Origin: Centroscyllium fabricii
Lineage: Eukaryota
Direction: 5' to 3'
Length of the DNA: 64,000 nt
Assembly (NCBI GenBank): GCA_051313645.2
Contig: JBNRSN020000019.1
Span: 60,698,001 to 60,762,000, forward strand
In this document: piece by piece, positions 60,471 through 64,000 of the stretch
Layout: each line of letters starts with the position of its first letter
Numbering within the stretch: the stretch's first letter is position 1
Position numbers and translations under genes: made by a program
The notes under the pieces: generated by a model
The model's database searches: none
The model's input: only the letters and a program-made list of their open reading frames with translations
Told to the model about the DNA's origin: nothing

Positions 60471-61172
60471 CAGGTTGTGCACCGAAAATCCGTGACCCGA
60501 AATGCCGGCAGCTTCAGTCTGCCGGAACAAATTGCCCCGACTGCACTGCGCATGCGCAAGATGGCAGCTGCGATCGTGGCTTCAGCGAATGATCTGCGCA
60601 TGCGCCGCCGAATGGCGAGCGCATGCGCAGAGCATTCAAAATGGCTGCCGGGTGTTTTGAATGATCTGCGCATGTGTCGCATGCGCAGATCATTCAAAAC
60701 AGCCACCGGACGAGCCGGGCCTTCCGTGGCGTCAGGGCGCGGCAGCTCGACTACCATCCCTGAAACCCTTAAATGAAGGGGAACGGAGGTGAAGATGCAC
60801 AAATGCCCACAGCCAAAGGAACCGACAGTTAAGGGACAGAAGTGGGTGGTTGTGGGGTTGGTGGAGATTACCGAGATAGGGAGGGGTGAGCCCGAAGAGA
60901 TTTATACACCGAGGTTAGAATTTTAAGTGTGAGCATTGGGGAACTTGGTGCCAATGCAGGTCAGCGATGGACAAACAAGGATGCAAACAGCAGAGTTCTG
61001 GATGAGATGATCTAATATTTTGAATGTTCGGCGGCCATTTCCAATGTGCGCATGCGCGCGGCCATTTTGAATGGTGCGCGCATGCGCACTGACCGACTTC
61101 ATTCTGCCGGTTTTTTCACTTTCCCGGCACGGGCCTGGTCCCGCCCGTGCCGAATTTCCGGTGTGCAACCTG
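60471..61172. mobile_element. pogo/Tigger-like MITE (same family as the element ending at 788)
   Basis: ta|caggttgtgcaccgaaaat ... atttccggtgtgcaacctg|ta, inserted in the LINE ORF. Confidence 0.88.
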
Positions 61173-64000
61173 TATTACTATCAAGCTAGGCGACCAACCC
61201 TGGTACAATGAGGAGTGTAGAAGCTCATGCCAGGAGCAACTCCAGGCATACCTAAAAATGAGGTGCCAATCTGGGGAAGCTGCAACACAGGACAGAGCTA
61301 AGCAATTCCACAACCAACAGATCAGATCAAAGCTCTGCAGTCCTGCCACATCCAATCGTAAATGGCAGTAGACAATTAAACAACTAAGGGGAGGAGGAGG
61401 CTCGGTGAACATCCCCATCTTCAATGATGGTGGAGCCTAGTATACGAGTGTAAAAGACAAGGCTGAAGCATTTTCAACCATCTTCAGCCAGAAATGCTGA
61501 GTGGATGATCCACCTTGGCTTCTTGATGAGGTCCCTACTATCACAGATACCAGTCTTCAGCCAATTCGATTCACTTGACAAAATGCTATGGACTCTGTCG
61601 ACAGCCCAGCTGTAGTGCTGAAGAGTACATGCACCAAAACTAGCCACGCCTCTAGCCAAGCTGTTCCAGTACAGTTACAATACTGGCATCTACCTGACAA
61701 AGTGGAAAATTGCTCAGGTATGTCCTGTCCACAAGAAGCAGGGCAAATCCAATCTGGCCAATTACCGCCCCATCACCCTACTCCCAATCATCAGCAAAAT
61801 GATGGAAGGTGCTGTCAATAGTGATATCAAGCAGCACTTACTCACCAACAACCTGCTCACTGATGCTTAGTTTGCATTCTACCAGGACCACTCGGCTCCA
61901 GACCTTGTTACAGCCTTGGTCCAAACAGGAACAAAAAGAGCAGAATTCCAGGTGTGAGTGGAGAGTGACTGAAATCAAGGCAAAATTTGACCGAGTGTGG
62001 CATCAAGGAACCCTAGTAAAACTGAAGTCAATGGGAATCAGTGGGAAAACTCTCCACTGGCTGGAGTCATACCTAGCACAAAAGGAAGATGGTTGCGGTT
62101 GTTGGAGGCTGATCATCTCAGCCCCAGGACATCACTGCAGGAGTTACTCAGGGCTGTGTCCTCGGCCCAATCATCTTCAGCTACTTCATCAATGACGCTC
62201 CCTCTTTCATAAAAGGTCAGAAGTGGGGATGTTCACTGATGATTGCACAGTGTTCAGTTCCATTCGCAATTCCTCAGATAACAAAGCACTCCGTGCCCAC
62301 ATGCAGCAAGATCTGTGGCACGTAACATCTGCGATACACATGTGCCAGACAATGACTATCTCCAACAAGAGAGAGTCTATCAACCTCCTCCTGACATCCA
62401 ATGGCATTAGCATCATCGAATTCCCCATCATTAACACTGTCAGGGTCACCATTGACCAGAAACTTAACTGGACGAGCCACATCAATACTGTGGCTACAAG
62501 AGCAGGTCAGAGGCTGGGTATTCTGTGGTGAGTGACTCATCTCCTGACTCCCCAAAGCCTTTCCACCATCTACAAGGCACAAGTAAGGAGTATGATGGAA
62601 TATTCACCACTTGTCTGGACGTGTGCAGCCTCAACAACACTAAAGAAGCTCGACACCACCCAGGACAAAGCAATCCACTTGATCGGCATCCTATCCACCA
62701 CCTTAAACATATAATCCCTCCACCACCGGTGCACCGTGGCTACAGCGTGTACCATCTACAAGATACACTGTAGCAACTCATCAAGGCTTCTTCGATAGCA
62801 CCTCCCAAACCCGCAACCTCTACCATCTACAAAGACATGGGGAGTAGCTGCATAGGAACACCAAACTCTCCAAGTTCCCCTCCAAGTGAATCATCCTGGC
62901 CTGGACATATATTGCTGTTCCTTTATTGTCACTGGATCAAAATCCTGGAACTCTCTACCTAACAGCACTGTGGGAGTACCTTCACCACTCACACTGAAGC
63001 GGTCCAAGGTGGCAGCTCATCACCACCTCCTCAAGCGTAACCGGGGATGGGCAATAAATGCTGGCCTTGCCAGCGACGACCACATTCCGTGAATAAAAGA
63101 TAAAAATTTAATTCCAAAGAAAGTGCAATGCTTCACAATATATTTGAGGTGGTAGAGGTCACAGGTTTGGGAGGTGCTATCGAATAAGCCTTGGTGAGTT
63201 GCTGCAGTGCAACTTGTAGATGGTTCACGCTGCAGCCATGGTGAGCCGGTGGTGGAGGGAGTGCCTGTTAAAAGATTCACAGAATAATTTCTAGTCCGTA
63301 CCATCATCCAGCAAAGGGTCTGGATCTGGTAGGGGAGAAAAAGAGGATGGAGAGAAAAAAGAAATCAGAGGGATGGTCAGCTTCCTGGTGGCTGGCTACA
63401 GGGAACACTGAAAGCAAGCTGTGTGCCTATCCTTTTGGCTGCAGATATCAAATGAGGCAAAGAACAGGGAATAAAACATGAATAAAAATGGTACCATCAT
63501 AAACCTTTAAATATTTTTCTCCATTACCCAGCACGGAGTATGAAGATGGTAAATATAATTGCTTACTTGGGCAGAGTTGATCAGACTCAGCTTAACAAAG
63601 TTCACTTAATAAAAAAGCCAGGATTCCATAATGCATCCCTTATAAATTAAAACATGCTTCCAATCTAAATGGGTAAACTAAAAATGTTAGTCTAGATCAA
63701 TTTTTGCAACATGAAATGGTATTTCTTCCTTTCCACACTGCAGTTAAGTAACTTGATAAAATTAAGTCTGTGAATAGAGTCTTCACTGCAGCAAAATATA
63801 GCTTTAATAATTGCAAATATCAAAATAAATGTCAGCTACTGATTTGCTCATCTTTAAAACTGATACCACTGTTGAACTTTATATCCGGCTAGATACACAA
63901 TTCTGATAAACATTTTAGTGGACTCCTCAAACAAGTACTACAAGAGATCTTCAGCACATCTCGGAGTATTTCCTAAATGAACAAGTCAGACTAGTTTAAT

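Larger units (their letters stand above)
58045..63098 (+). mobile_element. Near full-length degenerate Zenon-like LINE (tRNA-like 5' head, APE, RT), interrupted by four insertions
   Basis: Head ctggactaataatcc...gagttcaaatcccacc. APE start IWGL..KLGELS..QQLDIVIL at about 58455, SIGRSDHRTVLV at about 59762, RT FDRVWH, LGPIIFS and FTDD, then the family tail. Confidence 0.8.

Overview
Vertebrate intronic DNA, most likely from a shark or other cartilaginous fish (inferred from V-SINE/HE1-type and Deu-type SINEs plus abundant CR1). The backbone is a minus-strand ankyrin-repeat gene of the ANKRD26/POTE type. Eight coding exons between 54158 and 10061 splice in frame with GT-AG sites; exon 1 and the 3' exons were not found in the window. 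The introns are packed with nested transposable elements: two near-complete, head-to-head CsRn1-clade Gypsy LTR retrotransposons, a CR1 with an intact 965-aa ORF2, a degenerate two-gene Harbinger transposon, a Penelope element plus two mini hairpin derivatives carrying hammerhead ribozyme cores, a solo LTR, hAT and pogo/Tigger-like MITEs, and L2, Rex1/Babar and Zenon-like LINE fragments. I see no new protein-coding system. The best leads are non-coding or mobile: (1) a LINE with a tRNA-like 5' head and no visible ORF1, paired with a head+tail SINE derived from it; (2) palindromic double-hammerhead mini-elements; (3) a 5S-headed SINE with a Rex1-type tail; (4) a 118-bp locally templated inverted insertion at a CR1 5' junction; (5) an NRF1-like motif module shared between hAT and pogo MITEs. 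Family names come from motif recognition, not database searches.
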